Below, one piece after another: positions 25,799-33,820 of a DNA stretch of 64,000 nucleotides. The notes under the pieces were generated by a model. That model was not told the origin of the DNA and did no database searches. It saw only the letters and a list, made by a program, of their open reading frames with translations. Numbering within the stretch: position 1 is the stretch's first letter; each line of letters begins with the position of its first letter. The position numbers and the translations under genes were made by a program. Origin of the DNA: a virus (lineage: Duplodnaviria; Caudoviricetes); IMG/VR virus record IMGVR_UViG_2786546905_000002, positions 1 to 64,000 of that record. One strand, written 5' to 3'.

Positions 25799-25812
25799 TT
25801 TCGCATGCGAAA
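25799..25812. repeat. Dar-associated palindrome copy 6
   Basis: TTTCGCATGCGAAA 1 nt after the stop of 25814..26539. Confidence 0.95.
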
Positions 25813-25813
25813 T

Positions 25814-26539
25814 TTATGCTGCAGTAGTCATCTTATCTGGGTTTGCTTCAAACCAAGCTAACGCGCCCTGCTTCACTTCATTTAGCGTTAAGCCCTCACT
25901 ATGGACGTCTCGCATCACCTCGACAAACTCTGCCGGTGCACTGGTGTTGAAGTCTCCAGCTTTATATTTTGCGATCAGCTCACTTTCGCTTTCTAGCGGC
26001 TCGGTACCAGCTTCGACGTGCTTGTTTATCGTTTTCTTGGCTTTGGTTCGATCTGCTTGCGACCAACTACCAAACCCGCCGTTTTTCTTAGCTGAACCAG
26101 CCTCTTTGTCCCAGTAATCATAACCACGCGCAATGTGGCCCTTATACCCAAACGAGTAGCCATACCGAGATTTATATACAACGTAGTTTTTGCCTTTCTC
26201 GACTAGCTTGATCTCAGGATCAAAAGCCATTTCGTATTCGTACCAGTTTGGCGCATTTAGCACGCTACCAAGTTGTTCAATCTTGTCTGAACGTGATAAC
26301 GCTGAGAAATCTTGGACAGAGATAAACGACTCTTGATTATCTGGCTCAGGCTCCGCAACCGGCTCAGATTCATCTTTGGTTACTGAACCGGTACCTTTGA
26401 TTTTCTTAATTGTGTCTGCGAGCTCACGGGTTTTCTGAATGCGTTCACCAATAGGCAGCTGGCCGCCTTTGATTTGTGATTTTAGATCGGAGGCTTGGCG
26501 AGTTAGCCCCATTCTTTCTTTTAAACTTAACATCATCAT
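25814..26539 (-). CDS. Dar operon protein at the ddrA position, 241 aa
   Basis: Between darA and ddrB; N-terminal LSLKERMGLTRQ...IGERIQKTRE helical repeat. Confidence 0.75.
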   Translation of the reverse strand: MMMLSLKERMGLTRQASDLKSQIKGGQLPIGERIQKTRELADTIKKIKGTGSVTKDESEPVAEPEPDNQESFISVQDFSALSRSDKIEQLGSVLNAPNWYEYEMAFDPEIKLVEKGKNYVVYKSRYGYSFGYKGHIARGYDYWDKEAGSAKKNGGFGSWSQADRTKAKKTINKHVEAGTEPLESESELIAKYKAGDFNTSAPAEFVEVMRDVHSEGLTLNEVKQGALAWFEANPDKMTTAA

Positions 26540-26574
26540 TCCTATTGGCCGCCATTGCTAGCGGCCTGTTCGTG

Positions 26575-29500
26575 TTAAAGCGCTTCAATCATTGCAGTGA
26601 TGGCCAACATAGCCGACTCCATGAGGGCTTCGTTTTCATCCACGCTATCTGCAGACTCAAAATAGGCATACGCCGCTTCAAGTTCATTTTGATGCTTGTC
26701 GATAACGGCCTGTTCTGGCTCGCCGGTATAGTCTCGGATTGCTTCCAGATTTTTGATGTGTTCCATTTCTTCACCATCTTGTTCTTGTTCTGGTGCCTTA
26801 TCTGTTAGCCCCAAACCAAAGATACAAAGCATTTCTAGTTCACTATGATTATCAAAATCCCCGAAGTGCTGAGCTTTGTCATGGCTATAGGCCGCAAACT
26901 TAAACTCACCGCCTCTAACCACTGGGTAGATTAATACTCGCTGTGTGCCAATCATCGCGCTTAAGGCACTGTGGCCATATAAGCCATCAATTGACGGGTC
27001 AGGGTTTGAGCTTAGAGATTTGCCAATGTTAATCTGGCCTTGGAACCCATCACCAAAATAAACATTTTGTGATTGCCAGTCGGTTAGCGCTTCAAGGTTC
27101 GCTTTGGCCTTTTCTTCTAGCGCGGCTGTTAGATGCTCATGAAGATCTGCAATCTTGTCGATCAGAGATTCTTCATCGTTGGCCTTGAACGTTTTAGCAT
27201 TGCCGTTTGGTAGTGTGACAGACTGTTCACCAAGCTTGATTTCGAAGTTAGTGAACTCTTCCAACTGCTCCAACATGATCGCGCTGTCAGAGTCTAGAGC
27301 TTCACGAATACCATTTACGTCGATAGTGGGTTCTGCTGACTCTTCACCTTGATGGTGAACCTCCTCTAGCGATTCAAGCTCTTCTACTTTCCGCTCACGG
27401 CGTAGCTCGCTATCGACTTTTAGGCGTCCACCATAGAAATTCACATCGAAGTAATCAGTCATTGAGTCACTTTCGTCATAGTTGAACTGATCTGTGAAAG
27501 CATCGACAAAAGTAATCAGTTGGCGAACTTCCTCGCTGTACTGTTCAGGCGCACCGGCTAATGAACCTTGCGGATTGTCTATTTCCCATTGTAGGAACTC
27601 TGGGCTATATAGCGTCACGTTCTCTGGTAGTTCAACAAGATTTAGATTGATACCATTACCATCTTTTTTGACTGAGATTTTTACGCTCGATGGCAGGCGA
27701 CCGGATTTGCGCATTTGAGTCATAAAGGCACGGATACGCTTAGCAATCTGCGTAGTATCTGTAATGCCCTCTTCCTCATAGATTGATCCAGAAGTGAACT
27801 CATTAGCGTTTAAATCCATGAGTTGTTGCTGTTCTTCGGTGCGCCCCTTTGCGGCTTCGTCTGCGTCATCGCTGGCCAAAGCATTATCTATATTTAAGTC
27901 TTTGTCTGGTTCTGACTGTGATTCAGGCTCAGTACTTTGACCTTGCTCTGATTGGCGTTCAGATTGCTGTTGAGCGTAGTCTGCAAGGATAACCGACTTA
28001 ATCTGGTCCCAAGTCGTTAGGCCAGTGCTGCCCTCTGTCGATAGCGGAGATCCCTCTGAATGGTATACAGAGAACGTCGCGTTATCGTAAGCGCGAACTA
28101 AGAACTCACCATAAACGTCGTCTTCGTCAGCGTCCGGTGCGTAGAAGTACACAAACGGATCTGTTGGGTCGGCCTTGTCCATGGTCCAGTCACTTGCAAT
28201 GTTCTTACGGCCAATCACGCTCATTAGCGCTTCTTTGAGTTGCTTATTAATATACTCTTCTGTCAGCTCTGGGAACGCTGGTGATAGGTTGTTTTCGACA
28301 AGCTCAATGAGGCTTTCATTTTGAAGATCAGAAAAGTCCATCTGGCCACCGTTGATAAGTGCGACCGCATCTTTAACCACATCGTCCATGTAGTCTGGAA
28401 TCGTGGTTGCAGCATCACGGCCATTGGCCTGCAGGCGTTGCTCAAACTTATCGGTGAGTTCTGCCTGTGCCGCTTCGTAACCTTGAGGGAAGCCAGCACT
28501 GATCACTGCCTGACGACGCTCATCACCGGTCATATCATCCCATTGCGGTGTATCTTCGCCTCCAGCACCATTTAAGCTAACAACGTTGCTTGTTGCGCCA
28601 CTTGCGCGGTCTAACTCTTCTTGAGTGTAACCATTTCGCATTAGAGTGTTTTTCACATCAGTGCCGAACTGTTCCATCTTCTCAGTACCGTAGTGCTTGA
28701 GCTTTGATAGGCTTGGATACGTGATGGTTTCTACAAACAGGCCACCAGCAACAACCCACGTCGCTTGGACCTCTTTACCCGTTCTTTTCACGGTGATGTG
28801 ACAATGTTCGCCATACTCAATGACATACTCGCCATCATCCAAAGCAGCTGCTTTTAACTTGGTTAATGAGTTTTTGGTTGGGAACCCATCAGCATCATCA
28901 ACTAGGTAGTAATAATCATCGTATTGGTTGCTTGGGTAGTTGTCCGATGGCGTTGACTCCACCGAGTTTTGAACCGTGATTTGTTCAGCGTAGTAATCTA
29001 AGTGCTCTTTAAAGGCTGAGTAAGTGCTGCCGGTCGCCTTTACGTCTCCTGCAGGGTTTACGATTGAATAACCGGTGTTGCCATCAAATAGCACTTCGTA
29101 ACCAGCATCACGCAGTTTTTGAACCGTCGCTTTATCTTGGCCAGACAAGTTAGCTTGGAGCTCTGGCTCATTAAACGAAACATGAGTCACATCCCCTGTC
29201 GGGCTCTCTTCTGGTGCCTGTTCTGGCTCTGATTCTACCGCGTTAACATTGCCAAGCTTCCAAATGCTATTGCGTGAGGTTACAGCTGGCTTATCAGCTA
29301 CGTCGTTAAATGCGCTTAGCATTGTTAGTGCGTCATCAACAAGCTGTTGCTCACCGTTCTTATGCATGGTTTTAATGCGGCCTGTCATGTTCTGAACGAA
29401 CAGAGAACGATCCGAACCATTAGCGCCATTGATATCGATATCGGCAATGGTACCCAGCGTAGAAATGAGATTGGTCCCTTTAGGACCGTGGCCCTGAACG

Positions 29501-30384
29501 GTTTTCATAGCCGCTCTTAGTTTAGGCTCATCAAATAGGTCACGATAAGGATCACCACTGTTAGGCGCTGCATCAGCCGCCGTGGCTGGCTCTTGAGCTT
29601 CTGGTGCTTGGGTGTTCAGTTGTTTACGCAGCTCTTCTTGAATTTCATTTTGCGTATCAATCTTGGTTCGCGCACGGCTGATTTTCTTTGAAAGTGCGTC
29701 AGATTCGCTCTCAAGTGAATCGGTTTCTTCATTTAGCTCGGCGGTTTGCTCTTCAAGGGATTGGGCTTGCTCTTGAGCTTGTTGGAGCGCTGCAGCGTCA
29801 GCGTTCTTTTTCTCTTGAGCGGCTGCGAACTTCTCGCTATTGGCCGTTACCAAAGAGCCAAGCTTTGTGGTTGCTTCTTTAAGTGATACATCCATGCCGC
29901 CTTTTGGTGCGACCGTATGAGTCACATCACGACTGTTGATCATGAAGCGAAAAGCGATAAGCGTATCGTCGCTGTTAATTTTCAGTGGATCATTGTCTGG
30001 GGCGTGGAACGCGATAGAAACACTCTGGCCATCAGATAAAGGAATCTTAGCGATTTGAACGGCGACCGCGCCCGATTTACGAGGCTTACCGATCTCGATA
30101 TCACCTGCAGTTATCTCGCCTGTCTTTTTCGATAGCTGGTTAGCAAACTTTTTCATTCGCTGGCCAAGCATTGCGGCTTTTGACTTGAACGCTTCGAGCA
30201 TCATTTGTGGCACTGGCTCACACTGGAACAAAAGCGTATTTTCCAGATCTTCCAATGAAACAGACTCAAGAATAAGGTCATTAGGATCCGACTTAAACAC
30301 ACTGTCTAGCTGGGCTGGAGTAAGTGGTTTAGCAAGGTGCTCGATGCGGTCCACTACTTTGATTTGTTTTTGGTTCTTAAACAT
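26575..30384 (-). CDS. darA: Enlarged DarA anti-restriction/head protein with inserted polyvalent-protein domains, 1269 aa
   Basis: N-terminal DarA domain (LSDGQSVSIAFHAPD.DP.KI...DTLIAFRFMINSRDVT..VAP), internal FNYDESDSMTDYFDVNFY motif, follows hdf. Confidence 0.85.
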   Translation of the reverse strand: MFKNQKQIKVVDRIEHLAKPLTPAQLDSVFKSDPNDLILESVSLEDLENTLLFQCEPVPQMMLEAFKSKAAMLGQRMKKFANQLSKKTGEITAGDIEIGKPRKSGAVAVQIAKIPLSDGQSVSIAFHAPDNDPLKINSDDTLIAFRFMINSRDVTHTVAPKGGMDVSLKEATTKLGSLVTANSEKFAAAQEKKNADAAALQQAQEQAQSLEEQTAELNEETDSLESESDALSKKISRARTKIDTQNEIQEELRKQLNTQAPEAQEPATAADAAPNSGDPYRDLFDEPKLRAAMKTVQGHGPKGTNLISTLGTIADIDINGANGSDRSLFVQNMTGRIKTMHKNGEQQLVDDALTMLSAFNDVADKPAVTSRNSIWKLGNVNAVESEPEQAPEESPTGDVTHVSFNEPELQANLSGQDKATVQKLRDAGYEVLFDGNTGYSIVNPAGDVKATGSTYSAFKEHLDYYAEQITVQNSVESTPSDNYPSNQYDDYYYLVDDADGFPTKNSLTKLKAAALDDGEYVIEYGEHCHITVKRTGKEVQATWVVAGGLFVETITYPSLSKLKHYGTEKMEQFGTDVKNTLMRNGYTQEELDRASGATSNVVSLNGAGGEDTPQWDDMTGDERRQAVISAGFPQGYEAAQAELTDKFEQRLQANGRDAATTIPDYMDDVVKDAVALINGGQMDFSDLQNESLIELVENNLSPAFPELTEEYINKQLKEALMSVIGRKNIASDWTMDKADPTDPFVYFYAPDADEDDVYGEFLVRAYDNATFSVYHSEGSPLSTEGSTGLTTWDQIKSVILADYAQQQSERQSEQGQSTEPESQSEPDKDLNIDNALASDDADEAAKGRTEEQQQLMDLNANEFTSGSIYEEEGITDTTQIAKRIRAFMTQMRKSGRLPSSVKISVKKDGNGINLNLVELPENVTLYSPEFLQWEIDNPQGSLAGAPEQYSEEVRQLITFVDAFTDQFNYDESDSMTDYFDVNFYGGRLKVDSELRRERKVEELESLEEVHHQGEESAEPTIDVNGIREALDSDSAIMLEQLEEFTNFEIKLGEQSVTLPNGNAKTFKANDEESLIDKIADLHEHLTAALEEKAKANLEALTDWQSQNVYFGDGFQGQINIGKSLSSNPDPSIDGLYGHSALSAMIGTQRVLIYPVVRGGEFKFAAYSHDKAQHFGDFDNHSELEMLCIFGLGLTDKAPEQEQDGEEMEHIKNLEAIRDYTGEPEQAVIDKHQNELEAAYAYFESADSVDENEALMESAMLAITAMIEAL

Positions 30385-31006
30385 TATTGGCCGCCTCTAC
30401 TTGCTTCTCTAATTCTTTGGTTTCTTGTAGCTCTGCTTTCAGCTCGGCTTCTAAGGCCTCTAGAGTTTGGCGTTTTGAATCAACGTCAGTTTGGGCGCTG
30501 TCTCGCGCAGCTTGAGCGTTAGCATGGTTGGTAGTTGCTACAGATAGCGCTTGGTTGGCTTCTTCAAGACGTTTGCCAATAGAGCGAGAGGCGGGTGCTG
30601 TGCTCGATGTGTCTTTGATTGCCTTGGCTGCTTTACGGGCCACTGCCTTATCAAATTTCTTCTGGTTACGATCCAATAATCGCGTCATTTCTTTAGCCAG
30701 TTGGCGCTCATTTTTCACGCTTGGGATTGGCTGCTTGGTCGCGTTAAGTTGCATCTGGAAAATGTCGCCAGCATCACCGATAAACAACGTCATAGTTTGG
30801 CCATTCTCAAAGAAGAACTTAGCCTTTTTGACTTGTTCACCATCGCGGCGAGATTTTTTATTGGAGGCTTCAACATCAGTTACCGGAGAACCGGCACTTT
30901 TCAAAGCGGTGATGAGCTTTTTAAGCCCTTTCTCGGTTACATTGTCAAAGTCCACCACCACGTAACCGTGAGATTGGTCTTTGGCAAATCGACTGTGATT
31001 TCGCAA
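30377..31006 (-). CDS. hdf: Hdf (DarA-fragment homologue)
   Basis: VVDFDNVTEKGLKKLI...GDIFQMQLN...IP matches the recalled P1 Hdf pattern; synteny lydB-hdf-darA. Confidence 0.88.
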   Translation of the reverse strand: MRNHSRFAKDQSHGYVVVDFDNVTEKGLKKLITALKSAGSPVTDVEASNKKSRRDGEQVKKAKFFFENGQTMTLFIGDAGDIFQMQLNATKQPIPSVKNERQLAKEMTRLLDRNQKKFDKAVARKAAKAIKDTSSTAPASRSIGKRLEEANQALSVATTNHANAQAARDSAQTDVDSKRQTLEALEAELKAELQETKELEKQVEAANNV

Positions 31007-31071
31007 GGTGCCACCTCTATGAAAGAGTGGCGTTAAGAGGACGGGGATCCGGTGTCGATTGTAATCCTAAT

Positions 31072-31488
31072 CTATTCGATTTCAAATTCCTCCGTGTACG
31101 TTACGACCGTTGAAAAAATCTTATACAGTGGATTTAAGAGCGAACAAGAACGCTCTATTTTCACATTTAAGATCCAATCCCCTGATAATGCGCCACCAGC
31201 CTCTTTGGCCAGCTCTACACGGTCAAAGTTAATATACTCGCTGTTGAGTCCACTTTTAGAAAAGTCTAAAGATCTGGTTTTTGTGACCACTGCAGACGGA
31301 CGTTTCTTACTGCGCAGTGAGTAAGTCAATGTACCGCTGGAAATTGCTCTTTTGGCTGAGAACGTCAGCGCAAAGCGCACTGTCTGCTCATCATCAACAT
31401 GTCGTGCATCTTCAATGGTTACAGCGTTACGTTGAAGCAAAACTCGATCAGCAACGGCCATACCACCAATGATTGCTAATTCCATCAT
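31072..31488 (-). CDS. lydB: LydB-like antiholin
   Basis: AVADRVLLQR...LNPLYKIF similar to P1 LydB; overlaps the lydA stop. Confidence 0.8.
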   Translation of the reverse strand: MMELAIIGGMAVADRVLLQRNAVTIEDARHVDDEQTVRFALTFSAKRAISSGTLTYSLRSKKRPSAVVTKTRSLDFSKSGLNSEYINFDRVELAKEAGGALSGDWILNVKIERSCSLLNPLYKIFSTVVTYTEEFEIE

Positions 31489-31808
31489 TTGCCCTGTCCT
31501 CCAATATTAAATAGTCTCGTTAAACCATCACTTGCGGATTGCCTCAGAAAAGCCAAAGAATCCGCGCCATTGTTTGAAAGAATAAGAACCAGAGCACAAG
31601 TAATATTGCGATCCACTTCCTCACTCTCACACATATAGGCGACCACTAAACCGACTACTATGGCCAGCGTTATCTCTGTCATGAGGTCCATAAATCCACC
31701 TTTCAAACGCGACACGCGCTTGCCGTGAAGAAATGACCCCACACCAGAGAGAAAAGACAAAGCCAAGACGCTAATGGCAAAGCTTTGTTCAAGCTCAAAA
31801 ACTGGCAT
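31485..31808 (-). CDS. lydA: LydA-like holin
   Basis: Three hydrophobic segments, TEI..A...G...LSNNG motif, C-terminal GGQGK as in P1 LydA. Confidence 0.85.
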   Translation of the reverse strand: MPVFELEQSFAISVLALSFLSGVGSFLHGKRVSRLKGGFMDLMTEITLAIVVGLVVAYMCESEEVDRNITCALVLILSNNGADSLAFLRQSASDGLTRLFNIGGQGK

Positions 31809-31897
31809 GAATCCCCCTTTTGTTATGTGTAATTTGTAGTCTATTCGGAATGAGAACCACAGCTCAATAGATGGGCGTTACCTTGTTTTTAAGGCAT

Positions 31898-31924
31898 AAA
31901 AAAAAGGGCTCGATTGAGCCCTTT
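31898..31924 (-). terminator. Terminator of the tail-fibre operon
   Basis: Minus strand AAAGGGCTC-aatc-GAGCCCTTTTTTTT after the stop at 31936. Confidence 0.85.
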
Positions 31925-31935
31925 AGTGATTAGTT

Positions 31936-33762
31936 TTAGTTGATCAGTTGCCATGTAGCGTTGGATGGGTTGGTTTGGAAACCATTTATTTTTGGCAGGT
32001 AGTTGTTTGAACCATGACCACACGCGTACAGCTTTCCTGCGCGGGTTAAACAATAAGTCGTTTGGTCATTGTAGTGTTGCGCTGTATACATACCTACAAC
32101 CTCATCACCCTTATCAATCGGAACCTGACGTACTTTCATGGTCTTGTAGCTGGCTTCTTTGTCTTTGAGCCCGTAGCCACCAGCACCATAACGATTGGTA
32201 CCAAAGTAACAATACATACCGCGCTCATTCCAGAACACCTGATCCATTAGGTATGGAGTGTAAGAGCCGCTGCATTGGAAATTGCACTTAGGGCTACTTA
32301 GACCTGACAGGTTTACGTCCCTTGGGCGAGATAGATCTGCAGCCTTTGCAGCCCATCGGTTGTTATGGTTCATGCCCCATACGCGATATGTATTACTTTG
32401 CTTCATAATATGAGAGCCGTAATGCCCTCCACTGTAAAGCTCCATTACATTGGTTGCGACTCGAACAAACGTTGTTGAATCAGTATGAGTACCACGACCT
32501 GCAGCGTAATTGGCACCATCACCAGCAAAATAAAGCTCACCACTATTGGTGCGAATGAATGTAAAGCCCGCTGCAGATTCGCCGCCGCCTGTGTGGTAGC
32601 CGTACCCACCGCGAATCTCTTCAATCTTGGCTACAAGGCCGGTCGACAAGTTTACTTTTTTCCATGTGCTGGTATTTGTTGTTGAACCTATACCTAGCTG
32701 GCCCTGACCGTTATAGCCACAAGCAAAAAGTTTATTGTCCGTGGTAACTAAGAACGTACATCCATACCACCCACCCATTGAGAATATTTTCTTTACTTTT
32801 TGTGCGGCGATATTTTCAGGCAGAGCAATTAACCGACCTGAATTAGCAGTAATTGCAGACGTATTGCCGTCCCCAGTTCGACCATAAGCATTCGCGCCAA
32901 AAGCCATAATTTTCGTTCTAGTTTTGTCTCTCACGTAGAACATGGGAGTGCGGCCATAACAGAAGTCTATAGGCTTCCAATATTCAGTCACTTCCTTAAT
33001 GATTGGCGTTGGTGAGAAACGATTCGCTGCTTGGCCACCCATCCCGCCATAGCTAGCGTTACCACAGCCCCAAATTTCATGTAGATTATTTTCTCGGTTG
33101 TACAAGACAAAGTATGAGGTTTGATGCCCCATAAAGACGTCTTCAACTTCATGAGTGCTGTAAGGGAGATTTATCAGAACAAATCCAAACTGATTAACCG
33201 CTTGCCCCTCGCCTTGCCCTAGTGCGTAATCATCGCTAAGACCAAAACCGTACAAACGGCCATTTTTCATCAATGCAAATCGCTGTCTCCACCCGCCATG
33301 GAGGAATAGTTTCTCGACGGCCATCGAGCCTGCACCGGCTTGTTCAGCTGCCGTTTTGACGGCTAGAGCACTGGCGTACTTTGTCGAGCTAGAGTCGTTA
33401 ATGTCACTGGTAATGTTTCGATTGTTGGGGCTGAAAACTCGCTGGGTACCATCGTATACCCCTTTCTTACCCGTGACCTTATGGTCTGATTCAAAGTCTT
33501 TAAAAGCGCGAATGTACTTGTCGGTAAAGTCGATTGTAGAGTCACCAGCGGCATTATTTGAAATAGCCACTGTGCCATTCTCATGGATAGTGATATGAGC
33601 GTTTTTGCCATGCAGGCCAGCCATGAGCTCGCCATCCACAGGCTGAAATGAATAAGAGACTTGGTATTGAGGGTTTCCACCATCAATGACAAATGACTTG
33701 GCGGTGCTTTTCCCGCGAACGTCATGATTGCCGTGTACTTTTGTTGGGCCTAACTCAGCCAT
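31936..33762 (-). CDS. Fibre-associated protein with RCC1/BLIP-II-like beta-propeller, 608 aa
   Basis: Fibre repeat QRVFSPNNRNIT..INDSSSTKYASALAVK, then repeated G.LY.FG...YGQLG.G (LFACGYNGQGQLGIG) blades. Confidence 0.85.
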   Translation of the reverse strand: MAELGPTKVHGNHDVRGKSTAKSFVIDGGNPQYQVSYSFQPVDGELMAGLHGKNAHITIHENGTVAISNNAAGDSTIDFTDKYIRAFKDFESDHKVTGKKGVYDGTQRVFSPNNRNITSDINDSSSTKYASALAVKTAAEQAGAGSMAVEKLFLHGGWRQRFALMKNGRLYGFGLSDDYALGQGEGQAVNQFGFVLINLPYSTHEVEDVFMGHQTSYFVLYNRENNLHEIWGCGNASYGGMGGQAANRFSPTPIIKEVTEYWKPIDFCYGRTPMFYVRDKTRTKIMAFGANAYGRTGDGNTSAITANSGRLIALPENIAAQKVKKIFSMGGWYGCTFLVTTDNKLFACGYNGQGQLGIGSTTNTSTWKKVNLSTGLVAKIEEIRGGYGYHTGGGESAAGFTFIRTNSGELYFAGDGANYAAGRGTHTDSTTFVRVATNVMELYSGGHYGSHIMKQSNTYRVWGMNHNNRWAAKAADLSRPRDVNLSGLSSPKCNFQCSGSYTPYLMDQVFWNERGMYCYFGTNRYGAGGYGLKDKEASYKTMKVRQVPIDKGDEVVGMYTAQHYNDQTTYCLTRAGKLYACGHGSNNYLPKINGFQTNPSNATWQLIN

Positions 33763-33820
33763 GCTGCCTACCTCTAAAAGTAAGCGGCGTTTTGGTTAAG
33801 AACGGGGAACTGTTCTTAGT

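Noticed and set aside
12269-25812. Palindrome copies as a CRISPR array
   Set aside because: Spacing is irregular (35 bp to 6.8 kb) with genes between copies; no cas genes or leader
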